A stretch of 64,000 bases of DNA from an uncultured cyanobacterium (GTDB lineage: Bacteria; Cyanobacteriota; Cyanobacteriia; CAKZMO01), in NCBI GenBank assembly GCA_963719515.1, contig CAVRCJ010000006.1, forward strand, positions 368,029-432,028. Direction: 5' to 3'. The translations under genes were made by a program, and so were the position numbers. The notes under the pieces are model-generated. The model saw only the letters and a program-made list of their open reading frames with translations, searched no databases and was not told where the DNA came from. Position 1 is the first letter of the stretch. Each line of letters starts with the position of its first letter. This document shows positions 1 to 8,671 of this stretch, one piece after another.

Positions 1-230
1 GCCGAGATCTTCCTGGGCCTTGTCGCGAATTTCGTTGATTTGAGAGACGCCGGTGCCGATGAGCCGTAGGGTGACGTCTTTAGCGTTGTTGGCGTTCACC
101 TCGGGGCCGGTGGCAGGGTTGTTAGGGGTGCCTTTGGGGGCGGCGCACCGAGCAGTGGCTACGGCAGCACCAGCCGCGAGGCCGGTGTAGAGCAGTTTAC
201 GGCGGGTAATTCGGGTCATGGTCGTCTCCT
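1..230 (-). CDS. ABC transporter substrate-binding protein, N-terminal part (runs off window start). The Tat-like motif MTRITRRKLLYTGLAAGAAVATA is present.
   Basis: My translation of the reverse complement of 1-230 gives MTRITRRKLLYTGLAAGAAVATARCAAPKGTPNN..., with an RRKLL twin-arginine motif and a hydrophobic h-region. It is co-oriented upstream-to-downstream with the ABC ATPase and the hydrolase. Confidence 0.5.
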
Positions 231-293
231 CAAAAACGTGATCTATATCGAATGTTTGGAACGTTACCACGCTGCGAGGCTGTGCTGCGAGGT

Positions 294-1475
294 TTAGTGG
301 GGTAAAAAAACGCAGTCGCTAGCGGGCCACTGCACGGAGAGCGTCTGACCTTCTTTCACACCCAGCCGGTTCCAATCTTCGGTCCGTAACGTATGTAGCA
401 AATCTTGTCCTGTGGCTTCTGCTACCAAAGATACACGGGTCACATAGCCGGTCATCTCTACGGCGGTGATGCGGGCGGTAAGACGGTTGAGGTGCTCGCC
501 GGTTGAGCTCGCTGCCGGTAAATCTTCTCCCGACAGCTGCAGCAGATCTGGGCGCACTGAGCAGGCCGCCTCGCTGCCCACCGGCACGCCGTGGCCCGTT
601 GCCACCAGGACGCCAACCTCTGGCACCTCTAGCTCCACTAGCTCTTGACCCGAGCCGTCGGGCACAGCGCGGATGACCTTGCCCGCAAAGACGTTGTTGT
701 CTCCAATGAACTTAGCCACGAACCGCGATGCGGGGGCATTAAACAGCTCGGCAGGCGTGGCCACCTGATCGATGAGGCCGTGATTCATCACCACGATTTG
801 GTCTGAGAGGGAAAATGCTTCCTCGACGTGGTGGGTGACTTGAATGAAGGTGAGACCAAACTGCTGCTGAATTTTGCGCAGCTCTCGCCGCATACGGACC
901 CTTAAGTTTTCGTCTAGCGCGCTCAAGGGTTCATCCAGCATCAGCACCTGAGGGCGGGTAATTAACGCCCGCGCCAGGGCAATGCGCTGCTGCTGCCCGC
1001 CGCTGAGCTGGTGGGGTTTGCGATCGCCCGTGTGGGTCAGCCCCACTAGCTCCAGCATTTCGTCCACCCGCTGACGCCTTTCGTTCACCGGAAGACCCTG
1101 CATCTTGAGCCCAAACTCTACGTTTTGCCACACCGTCTTGTGGGGAAACAGGGCGTAGTTTTGGAACATCATGGCCGTGTTGCGCTTCGCTGGCGGCAGC
1201 GCCGTGACGCAGCGATCGCCGATCAGCACCTGCCCCTGGGTCACCGCTTCGTGTCCGGAGATAAGCCGTAGGGTGGTGGTTTTGCCGCAGCCGCTGGGGC
1301 CGAGCAGACAGCAGTAGCTCCCGGCTGGAATGTCGAGGGTCAGGTTTTCGATGGCGACCACGGTGCCGTAGGTCTTGGTGACAGAGCGCAGGGCGACCTG
1401 AGCGGCGGTCCCCGTTTGGGGCGATGTCTCCTGCTGGCGCGGGGGGGATGAGAGGTTGGTGCTGACCGCCATGGC
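294..1475 (-). CDS. ABC transporter ATP-binding protein (PotA/FbpC-like with a C-terminal TOBE domain)
   Basis: Walker A GPSGCGKTT, ABC signature LSGGQQQRIALARAL and Walker B VLMLDEP are present. The start is probably MAVSTN, not the 416-aa extension that overlaps the upstream gene. Confidence 0.85.
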   Translation of the reverse strand, partial: AMAVSTNLSSPPRQQETSPQTGTAAQVALRSVTKTYGTVVAIENLTLDIPAGSYCCLLGPSGCGKTTTLRLISGHEAVTQGQVLIGDRCVTALPPAKRNTAMMFQNYALFPHKTVWQNVEFGLKMQGLPVNERRQRVDEMLELVGLTHTGDRKPHQLSGGQQQRIALARALITRPQVLMLDEPLSALDENLRVRMRRELRKIQQQFGLTFIQVTHHVEEAFSLSDQIVVMNHGLIDQVATPAELFNAPASRFVAKFIGDNNVFAGKVIRAVPDGSGQELVELEVPEVGVLVATGHGVPVGSEAACSVRPDLLQLSGEDLPAASSTGEHLNRLTARITAVEMTGYVTRVSLVAEATGQDLLHTLRTEDWNRLGVKEGQTLSVQWPASDCVFLPH

Positions 1476-1479
1476 TACT

Positions 1480-2803
1480 TTACGGAGAGGTTTTCTGTAG
1501 TGAATCTGAGGAATCTTGTTCGGCGCACGGATAGTGCTGGTCAAGCTGCAGGAGCGTGTTCAGCAAGACGTTAGTGCCGGCGATGCAGTGCTCTGGCAGG
1601 GTGTACTCGGTTTCAGCGTGGCTGATGCCCCCCTGACTGGGAACAAAAATCATGCCCATATCCGTGAGGCTGGCCATGATCTGCGCGTCGTGGCTGGCGC
1701 GGCTGGGCAGCGGGCAGGCGCTTAGGCCGATGTCGCCGCACACCTGGGCGATCGCATTATAAATGTGGGAACTGACGGGGACGGGCTCGTTGCGCAGCTG
1801 GGGCGCGACGCGAATCTCGGTTTGGGTGGCGGCGGCGATCGCCCCGGCCTCGTCTTCCAGCATGGCCGCCATCCGGTCTAAAGACTCGTTAGACAAGTCC
1901 CGCATGTCCACCGTCAGCTCGACCCGACCCGGCACCGTATTCGCTACGTTGGGCGTCAGCGTCATCGAGCCGACCGTGGCCACCTGGTCCCCGCTCACCA
2001 TCTCGTCGCACAGGCAGGCAATTCGGTTCACCGCTAGGGTCATTTCCGCCGCTGCCACCAGCGCGTCCCGCCGCATGCTCATGGGGGTGGTGCCCGCGTG
2101 GCTGGCCTGGCCCACCACCGTAATCAGAAACCGTCGCTGCCCCACGATTCCGGTGACTAGACCTACGGGTACGCCCCGCTGCCTCTAGCACCGGACCTTG
2201 CTCGACATGGAGCTCTACGAAAGCGGCCAAGCTTCCCGGCGGACGCTGCGCGGTGGACAGCACGGCCCAGCTGCCGCCAATGGCATCAACGCTGGGCTGG
2301 ATGGGGGCGTAGTTGGGGTGCTCGTAGTGGGCCGGATCGGGGCTGGCCCGTCCCGCCATGGCCTTGCTGCCAATCATCGTCCGCTCTTCATCGGCAAAGA
2401 TAATCACCTCCAGGGGGTGACCGAGCTGCTTGCCCTGTTCGTGCAGCGTGCGCACTACTTCTAGCCCAGCCAGCACGCCATAGGTGCCGTCGTAAATTCC
2501 CGCCTTGGGGACGGTGTCGAGGTGAGAGCCGGTGGCCAGGGCTGGGGCTTTGGGGTAGCGCCCTGGATAGCGGCCTATTATGTTACCGGCAGCATCCGTG
2601 ACGGTACGCATCCCCGCCGCCCGCATCCAGTCTCCCACCACCTGCCGCGCCTGCCGGTCTTCAGGGCCAAAAGCCAACCGCCGCACGCCGCCTTCCGGCA
2701 GCGCGCCAATCGCGCCAATTTCGGCGATCGCCTGCATGAGGCGCTCACCGTTCACGGCCATCGCTGCGGTGGGGGGTTTGGTAGGTAAAGTATCTTTCAT
2801 CAA
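1480..2803 (-). pseudogene. M20 family amidohydrolase (allantoate amidohydrolase / N-carbamoyl-L-amino-acid hydrolase type), split by a +1 frameshift in a C4 homopolymer at 2175-2178
   Basis: The N-terminal ORF (1889-2803) ends ...VELHVEQGPVLEAAG and then runs into an out-of-frame tail. The +1 frame continues GVPVGLVTGIVGQRRFLITVVGQASHAGTTPM..., which is the canonical continuation of this family. Removing one C from cccc at 2175-2178 restores a single ORF. Confidence 0.7.
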
Positions 2804-3168
2804 ATGCCGGTAAATTTCCCAGCAGGGGTTATCTGCTGATGACGGTTTGGGTAGCTCTAGTTAAGCATAGGCGATCGCTTGAGGTCGGAGTTCCCTGAAC
2901 ATATTGGTGCAAGGTCTTCTGTTCTGTCGTAAAAGATACGGTCTTCACCTTTGCCGTCAATGGGAAAGGCCTTTTTGTCTATTGCTTTATTCAGGATAGG
3001 GATGGAGGGGTAGGTTGAAGTTGAGCGAAGTGAAACCCAACGCTAGCGATCGCTTTGTTGGGTTTCCTGACGTCCTAGCGCAGCCATGCCCGCAGGGTTA
3101 TACCCCGGCCTACAAGTTTAGATTTGATTCACTGGAGAGCTGATGGGCTATCGGCCTGCGCTCTGCCT

Positions 3169-3480
3169 TTACCGACGCGGTAGCGGTATCCGTTTGGTGA
3201 GGATGCGCATGACGTCGGTGGGGGTGAGGCCGCGCAGAACGCCGTTGGTGTTGGTCATGGGGATGGGCTGTGACCATTCGTGGGGTTCGGCGTAGCCGAG
3301 CAGATGTAGTCGGTCGCGGCAGTCGTTGACGGCATAGAGGGAGCCAAGGGCGATCAGCCGCAGGGCGTGGTAGCCGGTCTCGCTTTCGCCGATTAGGTAG
3401 TCGCCGGTTTTGGGGTCGATGTTTAGGCGTGCGAGAGCGTCCTGACGGGCGTCAGGATTACGGGTTATTTCGTAGGTCAT
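3169..3480 (-). CDS. hypothetical protein
   Basis: This is the ORF 3169-3639. The likely start is the second ATG (MTYEITRN), which is preceded by GGAGA. I recognise no domain. Confidence 0.4.
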   Translation of the reverse strand: MTYEITRNPDARQDALARLNIDPKTGDYLIGESETGYHALRLIALGSLYAVNDCRDRLHLLGYAEPHEWSQPIPMTNTNGVLRGLTPTDVMRILTKRIPLPRR

Positions 3481-3991
3481 TTGCGGGTTGTCTCCCATGT
3501 ATTGGATGTAGGAAAGACAACCCAAACGTCTAGCCACCCCGCGAGCATAAGGCGAGGTGGCTACTCTGGGATAAAATTCCCAGTAGCGCCTGCCGCCTCG
3601 GACGGTGGGGGTTAGTCCCCTGGTTGTGTTTGGCGGCACTTCCAGGGGGCGCTAAATATTTGGGTAGTCAGAAGGACAGCTTGTGATTTGCGTCCATGGC
3701 TTGGCATCGTAGCGAAGTTTTGCGTATGGCGCAACCGTGTTGGGAAATTTTTGTGGGATGGGTGTGGGGTGGTGGGCTTTGTGGCTGAGTTGGAGGGCGA
3801 TGGTTTGGGGCGATCGGTTGGGGCGATCGCTGCAATTGAAGGAAATCTTTCGTAATCTGTGGCTAAGTCATTGAGAATTTCGCTTTACACCGCAGGGCTG
3901 TGTCTGGAATTGTTCACTTGTACACTGAAGCAGATACAGGTGGTCTCGGGCTTATTAGCCTTCGAGCAATAGATGCGTATCAATTCGATAG

Positions 3992-4031
3992 ACAGCTGTG
4001 TAATTGCTGGATTCTGCAATTACACAGCTGT
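3992..4031. promoter_or_regulatory. Perfect 16-bp inverted repeat acagctgtgtaattgc / gcaattacacagctgt with an 8-nt loop, followed by a short T-run. It is a candidate operator or intrinsic terminator 48 nt upstream of the TIR gene.
   Basis: I read the sequence directly and the arms are exact reverse complements. Confidence 0.6.
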
Positions 4032-4079
4032 GCTTTTCAGAAAAACTAATTTCAAGTCAATTCTATAGCGCTCAGGTTC

Positions 4080-4925
4080 ATGCTTAGAACAAAAATCTTT
4101 ATTTCGTATCGGCGAAAAGATAGTCTTCGAGAAGCAAGCGATATACATAATGCTCTGGCATTGGAGTTTGGCAAAGATTCTGTTTTCAAGGACGAAGCAA
4201 AGATCGAGCCTGGAGAAAAGTTCAAAAAAGTAATAGACAACGCATTAGATGACTGCAAGGTCTTGCTTGCCATTGTTGGAAAAAAGTGGTTAACGGAGAC
4301 AGATTCAGATGGAATCACTCGACGACTCGACAGAGAAGATGACTTTGTACGCATGGAGATAGAAAAAGCTTTAGATCGCGGTATACCAATTGTCCCAGTT
4401 CTATTAGATGGTGTAGACGTTCCCCAGAAGATTCAGTTGCCGGCGATATTACAGCCTTTGTTCGACAGCCAGAGTATAAAGATTCGTCACGCTTCTACTT
4501 TCGAATCTGATATGGCTAGATTGGTGACAAGAGTTGCGAGATATATTGGCCATCACGTGACCACAGACAAATGGGGAAAAGTATGTGTATTTGACGAGTC
4601 AGCAGGAACAAGAGTATGGATTTACCCCATAGACGACAATGATATAGAAAATGAGCCCCCCTGCAAATCAGTTCTTGAGTGGCCTCCCGAAATAGAGGGG
4701 CTTGTTGGCAGAAGTAGTGAAGTTGAAAGAGCGGTAGATTTAGTAAAAGACAAGCAGTCAATAGAACTTTATGGAGATTCAGGAATAGGAAAGACTGCTA
4801 TTTTGAGTTACCTGAGTAGCGTCTTAGGAGGTAAAAACTCATATTATAGAGACAAGTTTGGTGAAGACTTCCATTTTGATATTCGCTTTAGAAATGGAAT
4901 TTTATGCAAAATTGGGACGCTCTAG
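4080..4925 (+). CDS. TIR-domain (TIR_2-like) protein fused to a STAND/NB-ARC-type P-loop; the ORF ends 45 aa after the P-loop
   Basis: The N-terminus KIFISYRRKDS...WL...RRLDREDDFVRMEIEKALDRGIPIVPVLLDG matches the bacterial TIR_2 pattern. LVGRSSEVERAVDLVKDKQSIELYGDSGIGKTAILSYL is a STAND-style GxxGxGKT P-loop. The region is visibly AT-rich. Confidence 0.6.
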   Translation: MLRTKIFISYRRKDSLREASDIHNALALEFGKDSVFKDEAKIEPGEKFKKVIDNALDDCKVLLAIVGKKWLTETDSDGITRRLDREDDFVRMEIEKALDRGIPIVPVLLDGVDVPQKIQLPAILQPLFDSQSIKIRHASTFESDMARLVTRVARYIGHHVTTDKWGKVCVFDESAGTRVWIYPIDDNDIENEPPCKSVLEWPPEIEGLVGRSSEVERAVDLVKDKQSIELYGDSGIGKTAILSYLSSVLGGKNSYYRDKFGEDFHFDIRFRNGILCKIGTL

Positions 4926-6183
4926 ATCACCCACTAGCCGCTTAGATCACCTGTCCACTTTTTTGAGATTGGCTTTGTTTAGTGGCATTATAGTAAAATC
5001 CACTCATTTGCAGCATTTAGCACTGACAAATTTACCCACTACAAAAGAGGCAGATCTACAGGTAATAGAAGCTATTTTGAGCAGTTTAATACAAAGCAAT
5101 ATCATAAGATCTAGTAAAGCTAATAGAAATGATGAAGGCAGTATTTATTACAGAATGGGACCAGATCTAGCAGTTTTTTTGCGGCAATCATGGAACTTAG
5201 ATGATTGCCTTCGAAAATCGCTTCACTATTTTGAAGACTATCTAGAAGAGCAATCACACATAACAGGTTACGATAAACTAGAAGAATGCGACCTTGTTGC
5301 ATTCTTGCTAGAGCTAGCTAAAGACAACAAGGAACTTCGAGGAGTATCTTTAAGATTAATCAAGAAATTATCAAGAGCAATGCCTATTATAGGGTGGTGG
5401 GACTCATGGCACGAGCTTCTGAACATTATGCTTGAGTCTGCGAGGAGCCTCGGAGATGAATCTGCAGAAGCATTTGCTATGCATGAACTAGGAACGCATG
5501 CATTGTGCTTAGATGATAACGAAGCTGCAGAAGCTTACTTAAATGATGCTCGTGATATACGAACAAGGCTTGGGGACGAAGCAGTCCTGAACTTCACGAA
5601 CCATAACTTGCAGCAGCTTCGGCAAATATCGACTTTAGCTCCTTCTCCTAAACCAGACCCTTCTCCTAAACCAGATCCCATTCTCAGCCCGGCACGCCCT
5701 AAACGGGGTACGCCAGCACAGCTTTTGGTTGGTGGTGCTATCACTACTATTGGAGCAATTTTACTTATCTCAACAGTCAATTCGTCTCAGAATAATTCAT
5801 CCACACAGGGTGAACTTGGAACTATAGAAGCATCGCTTGTATCTGTAGCAGATGGCTATTTTGGAAATACAAGAGTATGTGCGCAGTCTGTCAACGATTA
5901 CAATTCACTAGATTGTGTAGATGTTGAAGCTGGTACAGTGCCAAGAACTATTGAACTAAATATTCAGCCAGGTGAGTATTTTGTATTTGCTACTGATGAA
6001 GAGCTTACCGTCGGCGGCCTACTTTATACTCAATATCATGTAAATCAGAGCGATTTTGACGCTGAACCGCTCTCTGTTAGTGTCGCTGCCAATGAAAGAG
6101 TCACAGATATTTTCCTTTCTAATGAGGGGCCTTGTTTCAGAGATCCTAAACCTGAATACTGTGTTGACCCGTTTAAGCAATAG
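4858..6183 (+). CDS. Continuation ORF in the +1 frame relative to the TIR gene. It has a helical/TPR-like region, a PSPKPD linker, one transmembrane helix and a Cys-containing C-terminal domain. It is either a separate gene or the frameshifted remainder of the TIR-STAND protein.
   Basis: This frame is open from 4828 and overlaps the frame-0 ORF by about 100 nt. It contains TPR-like helices (AEAFAMHELGTHALCLDDNEAAEAYLNDARDIRTRLGDEA), the TM helix LLVGGAITTIGAILLISTV and a 130-aa C-terminal domain with 5 Cys. I see no Walker B. Confidence 0.5.
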   Translation: MVKTSILIFALEMEFYAKLGRSRSPTSRLDHLSTFLRLALFSGIIVKSTHLQHLALTNLPTTKEADLQVIEAILSSLIQSNIIRSSKANRNDEGSIYYRMGPDLAVFLRQSWNLDDCLRKSLHYFEDYLEEQSHITGYDKLEECDLVAFLLELAKDNKELRGVSLRLIKKLSRAMPIIGWWDSWHELLNIMLESARSLGDESAEAFAMHELGTHALCLDDNEAAEAYLNDARDIRTRLGDEAVLNFTNHNLQQLRQISTLAPSPKPDPSPKPDPILSPARPKRGTPAQLLVGGAITTIGAILLISTVNSSQNNSSTQGELGTIEASLVSVADGYFGNTRVCAQSVNDYNSLDCVDVEAGTVPRTIELNIQPGEYFVFATDEELTVGGLLYTQYHVNQSDFDAEPLSVSVAANERVTDIFLSNEGPCFRDPKPEYCVDPFKQ

Positions 6184-6398
6184 ATAATGTGACCGTATAA
6201 GCCTTTGGAGAAAGGCTGCGATCAGACTTCCTGAGTGTAGAAGTGTAATCATTCTGAAAGAGCTGCACAATGTTAATGATTTTGCAAAGCCCCTGACTAA
6301 TCTTTAATGCATAGTTACTAAGGGGCCACAACCACTCACAGGAGCATAACCCAGCCCCCCTTCCTCCAAGACTGCACTTTGACATAATCTAAAGAGAC

Positions 6399-6700
6399 AT
6401 GGAAACGATCTCCGTTATTGTGCTGGTCAAAAACCGAAAGCGTCACTTACGCCATCTCCTGATAGGCGTACAGCAGCTCAACCCTCCCCCCAAAGGCAGC
6501 GCAATTGAAACAGTAGTCGTTCACATGAACGAGTCGCCCCAGCCGCCCCCAGACTTTTTCACAGGAAACTACGTCACAGCTGAAATCCACAGCTCAGCGA
6601 CCAAGCTGCCCCTAGCGCAGGCAAGAAACCAGGGCGCGAAAACCGCCAGCGGCGATCGCCTCATCTTTTTAGACGTCGACTGCATGACCTTACCCCGAGA
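6399..6700 (+). pseudogene. Family-2 glycosyltransferase, N-terminal fragment truncated by an IS insertion
   Basis: ISVIVLVKNRKRHLRHLL and LIFLDVDCM (DxD) are GT2 hallmarks. The reading frame runs into the IS3 left end. Confidence 0.5.
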
Positions 6701-7233
6701 AAGTGGACATTCCAGAAGAGAGGATAAACAAGGAGAATGTTCACATGAGTCAGAAACCACGTCGAAAATTTACAGCGGAGCAGAAAGCGGAAGCGGTCCG
6801 CATTGTTGAGCAGTCAGGTAAACCTATCAGCCGAGTGGCAAAGGAGATGGGGTTAACCGAAAGCGCATTGCGCAACTGGGTGAAGCAATCGAAGGTTGAC
6901 CGCCAGCAGTCTCCTGGGGGGTCGCTAATTTCTAGTGAGCGGGAGGAGCTCAATACCTTGCGCCGAGAGCTCAAGCGGGTTCGGATGGAACGAGATTTTC
7001 TAAAAAAGGCGGCGACCTTCTTTGCCAAGGAAAGCTCAAACCCTATGAGCTGATTGGCGCGGAGAAGGAGAATTTCCCAATTGACATGATGTGCCAAGTG
7101 CTAGGCGTTTCGAGGAGTGGCTACTATGCCTGGTGTCAGCACAGGGCGTCCGCCAGAGAAAAGGAGAATGAGATTTTGTCTGAGCAGATTCAACAGATTT
7201 ATAGAAGTCGCCGTAAAACCCCTCCGCTTTAGG
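6690..7233 (+). mobile_element. IS3-family insertion sequence, 5' fragment. It holds orfA (6745-7053) and the start of orfB in the -1 frame, and is truncated at about 7230.
   Basis: OrfA MSQKPRRKFTAEQKAEAVRIVEQSGKPISRVAKEMGLTESALRNWVKQ has an HTH and leucine zipper, and ends FFAKE at the frameshift window. The -1 frame reads KLKPYELIGAEKENFPIDMMCQVLGVSRSGYYAW, which is a typical OrfB N-terminus, then stops. Confidence 0.75.
6745..7053 (+). CDS. IS3-family transposase OrfA
   Basis: See the IS3 fragment. The ORF is complete at 103 aa. Confidence 0.75.
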   Translation: MSQKPRRKFTAEQKAEAVRIVEQSGKPISRVAKEMGLTESALRNWVKQSKVDRQQSPGGSLISSEREELNTLRRELKRVRMERDFLKKAATFFAKESSNPMS

Positions 7234-7236
7234 TGT

Positions 7237-8640
7237 GGGATATAAGGCGGTGAGCGTGGCGAATATATTCACACTTTACACGGCGATTGTTAGACTGTAA
7301 GTATGGTTCAAAAGGCTTACCGCTATCGCTTCTATCCTACTGCTGAACAAGAACAACTCTTGCGCCGGACAATGGGGTGTACTCGCCTGGTTTACAACCG
7401 CGCTTTGGCGGCAAGGACTGAGGCTTGGTACCAGAAGCAAGAGCGCGTCGGTTACGCTCAAACCTCGTCGATGCTGACGCAGTGGAAAAAAGAGGAGGGC
7501 CTCGAATTTCTTACTGAGGTTAGCTCGGTTCCCCTTCAGCAGGGGCTGAGGCATCTGCAGACCGCCTTCACTAACTTCTTCGCCGGTCGGGCTAAGTATC
7601 CCAACTTCAAAAAGAAGCGCAGCGGCGGTAGCGCAGAGTTTACCAAGGCGGCGTTCAAGTTTAGAGAGGGTCAGGTGTACTTGGCCAAGTGCTCTAAACC
7701 TCTGCCCATTCGATGGTCTAGGGCGCTTCCGAAAGATGCCGCACCATCGACCATCACGGTCAAGCTGACGCCTGCAGGCCGGTGGTTTGTGTCGCTGTTG
7801 GTGGAGGTAGACATTGAGCCACTGCCGGTATCGCCTAACAAAGTTGGCCTGGACTTGGGCATCACCAGTCTGCTCACGCTGAGCACCGGCGAGAAGATTG
7901 CCAACCCCAAGGGCTTCAGGGCCAAGTACCGTAAGCTACGAAAAGCTCTAAAGGCCCTTAGCCGCAAGCAAAAGGGCTCGAACAACCGATACAAAGCGCG
8001 GCTCAGGGTGGCCAGGGTCCACGCCGAGATAGCCGATGCCCGCAAAGACCTGCTTCCCTTCGGGACGCTTCGCGAACACAAGCTGACAACCCGGCTGGTG
8101 CGCGAAAACCAAGCGATCGCCGTCGAAGACTTAGCAGTGGGGAACATGGTCCGAAATCACAAATTGGCGCGCGCCATCAGTGATGCAAGCTGGGGGGAAC
8201 TGGTGCGGCAGCTTACCTACAAGTGCGAATGGTACGGGCGGGAGCTGGTTAAGATAGACCGATGGTTCCCTAGCTCTAAGCGCTGTGGCAGCTGCGGCCA
8301 TGTCGTAGATAAGCTGCCGTTGAACGTTCGAGAGTGGCAGTGCCCTGAGTGCGACGTGAAGCACGATAGGGACGTAAACGCTGCTGTAAACGTATTGGCC
8401 GCTGGTCTAGCGGTGTCAGTCTGTGGAGCGACCGTAAGACCTGTTGGCGAAGCCTGCGCTTCGCGCATAGAGAGCAAATCTCGGAAGGCAGGTGCTACGA
8501 AGCAGAAAAGTCTTGGAGCAATCCAAGAATCCCACGTGCTTTAGCCGTGGGAGTAGTCAAATCTAAGTAAATTTACTTTACAGGTTCTTATCGCTACAGC
8601 AGGCGAAAAGGCTCTATCTTGTAGTCATAGGTGCTCACCC
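7237..8640 (+). mobile_element. IS200/IS605-family (IS1341-like, tnpB-only) element inserted into IS3 orfB
   Basis: A left-end imperfect hairpin gtgtgggatata...aatatattcacac lies at about 7237-7278. The tnpB ORF follows. A right-end perfect palindrome agtaaatttact sits at about 8568-8585. Confidence 0.6.
7303..8544 (+). CDS. tnpB: TnpB (IS200/IS605 OrfB; RuvC-like RNA-guided nuclease with a C-terminal zinc finger)
   Basis: The N-terminus YRYRFYPTAEQEQLLRRTMGCTRLVYNRAL is typical. VGLDLGITSLLTLSTGE holds RuvC-I, IAVEDL holds RuvC-II and CGSCGH...CPECDVKHDRDVNAAVN is the zinc finger plus RuvC-III. The ORF is intact at 413 aa. Confidence 0.9.
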   Translation: MVQKAYRYRFYPTAEQEQLLRRTMGCTRLVYNRALAARTEAWYQKQERVGYAQTSSMLTQWKKEEGLEFLTEVSSVPLQQGLRHLQTAFTNFFAGRAKYPNFKKKRSGGSAEFTKAAFKFREGQVYLAKCSKPLPIRWSRALPKDAAPSTITVKLTPAGRWFVSLLVEVDIEPLPVSPNKVGLDLGITSLLTLSTGEKIANPKGFRAKYRKLRKALKALSRKQKGSNNRYKARLRVARVHAEIADARKDLLPFGTLREHKLTTRLVRENQAIAVEDLAVGNMVRNHKLARAISDASWGELVRQLTYKCEWYGRELVKIDRWFPSSKRCGSCGHVVDKLPLNVREWQCPECDVKHDRDVNAAVNVLAAGLAVSVCGATVRPVGEACASRIESKSRKAGATKQKSLGAIQESHVL

Positions 8641-8671
8641 TAAGTCGTCAAAATATCGAGTTTTTTCACCC

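Noticed and set aside
466-2813. Plus-strand ORFs 466-648, 1516-1725, 1763-2188, 2198-2464, 2522-2788 and 2580-2813, and minus-strand 931-1131
   Set aside because: They are antisense to the ABC ATPase and M20 hydrolase genes and give Arg/Ala/Pro-rich nonsense translations.
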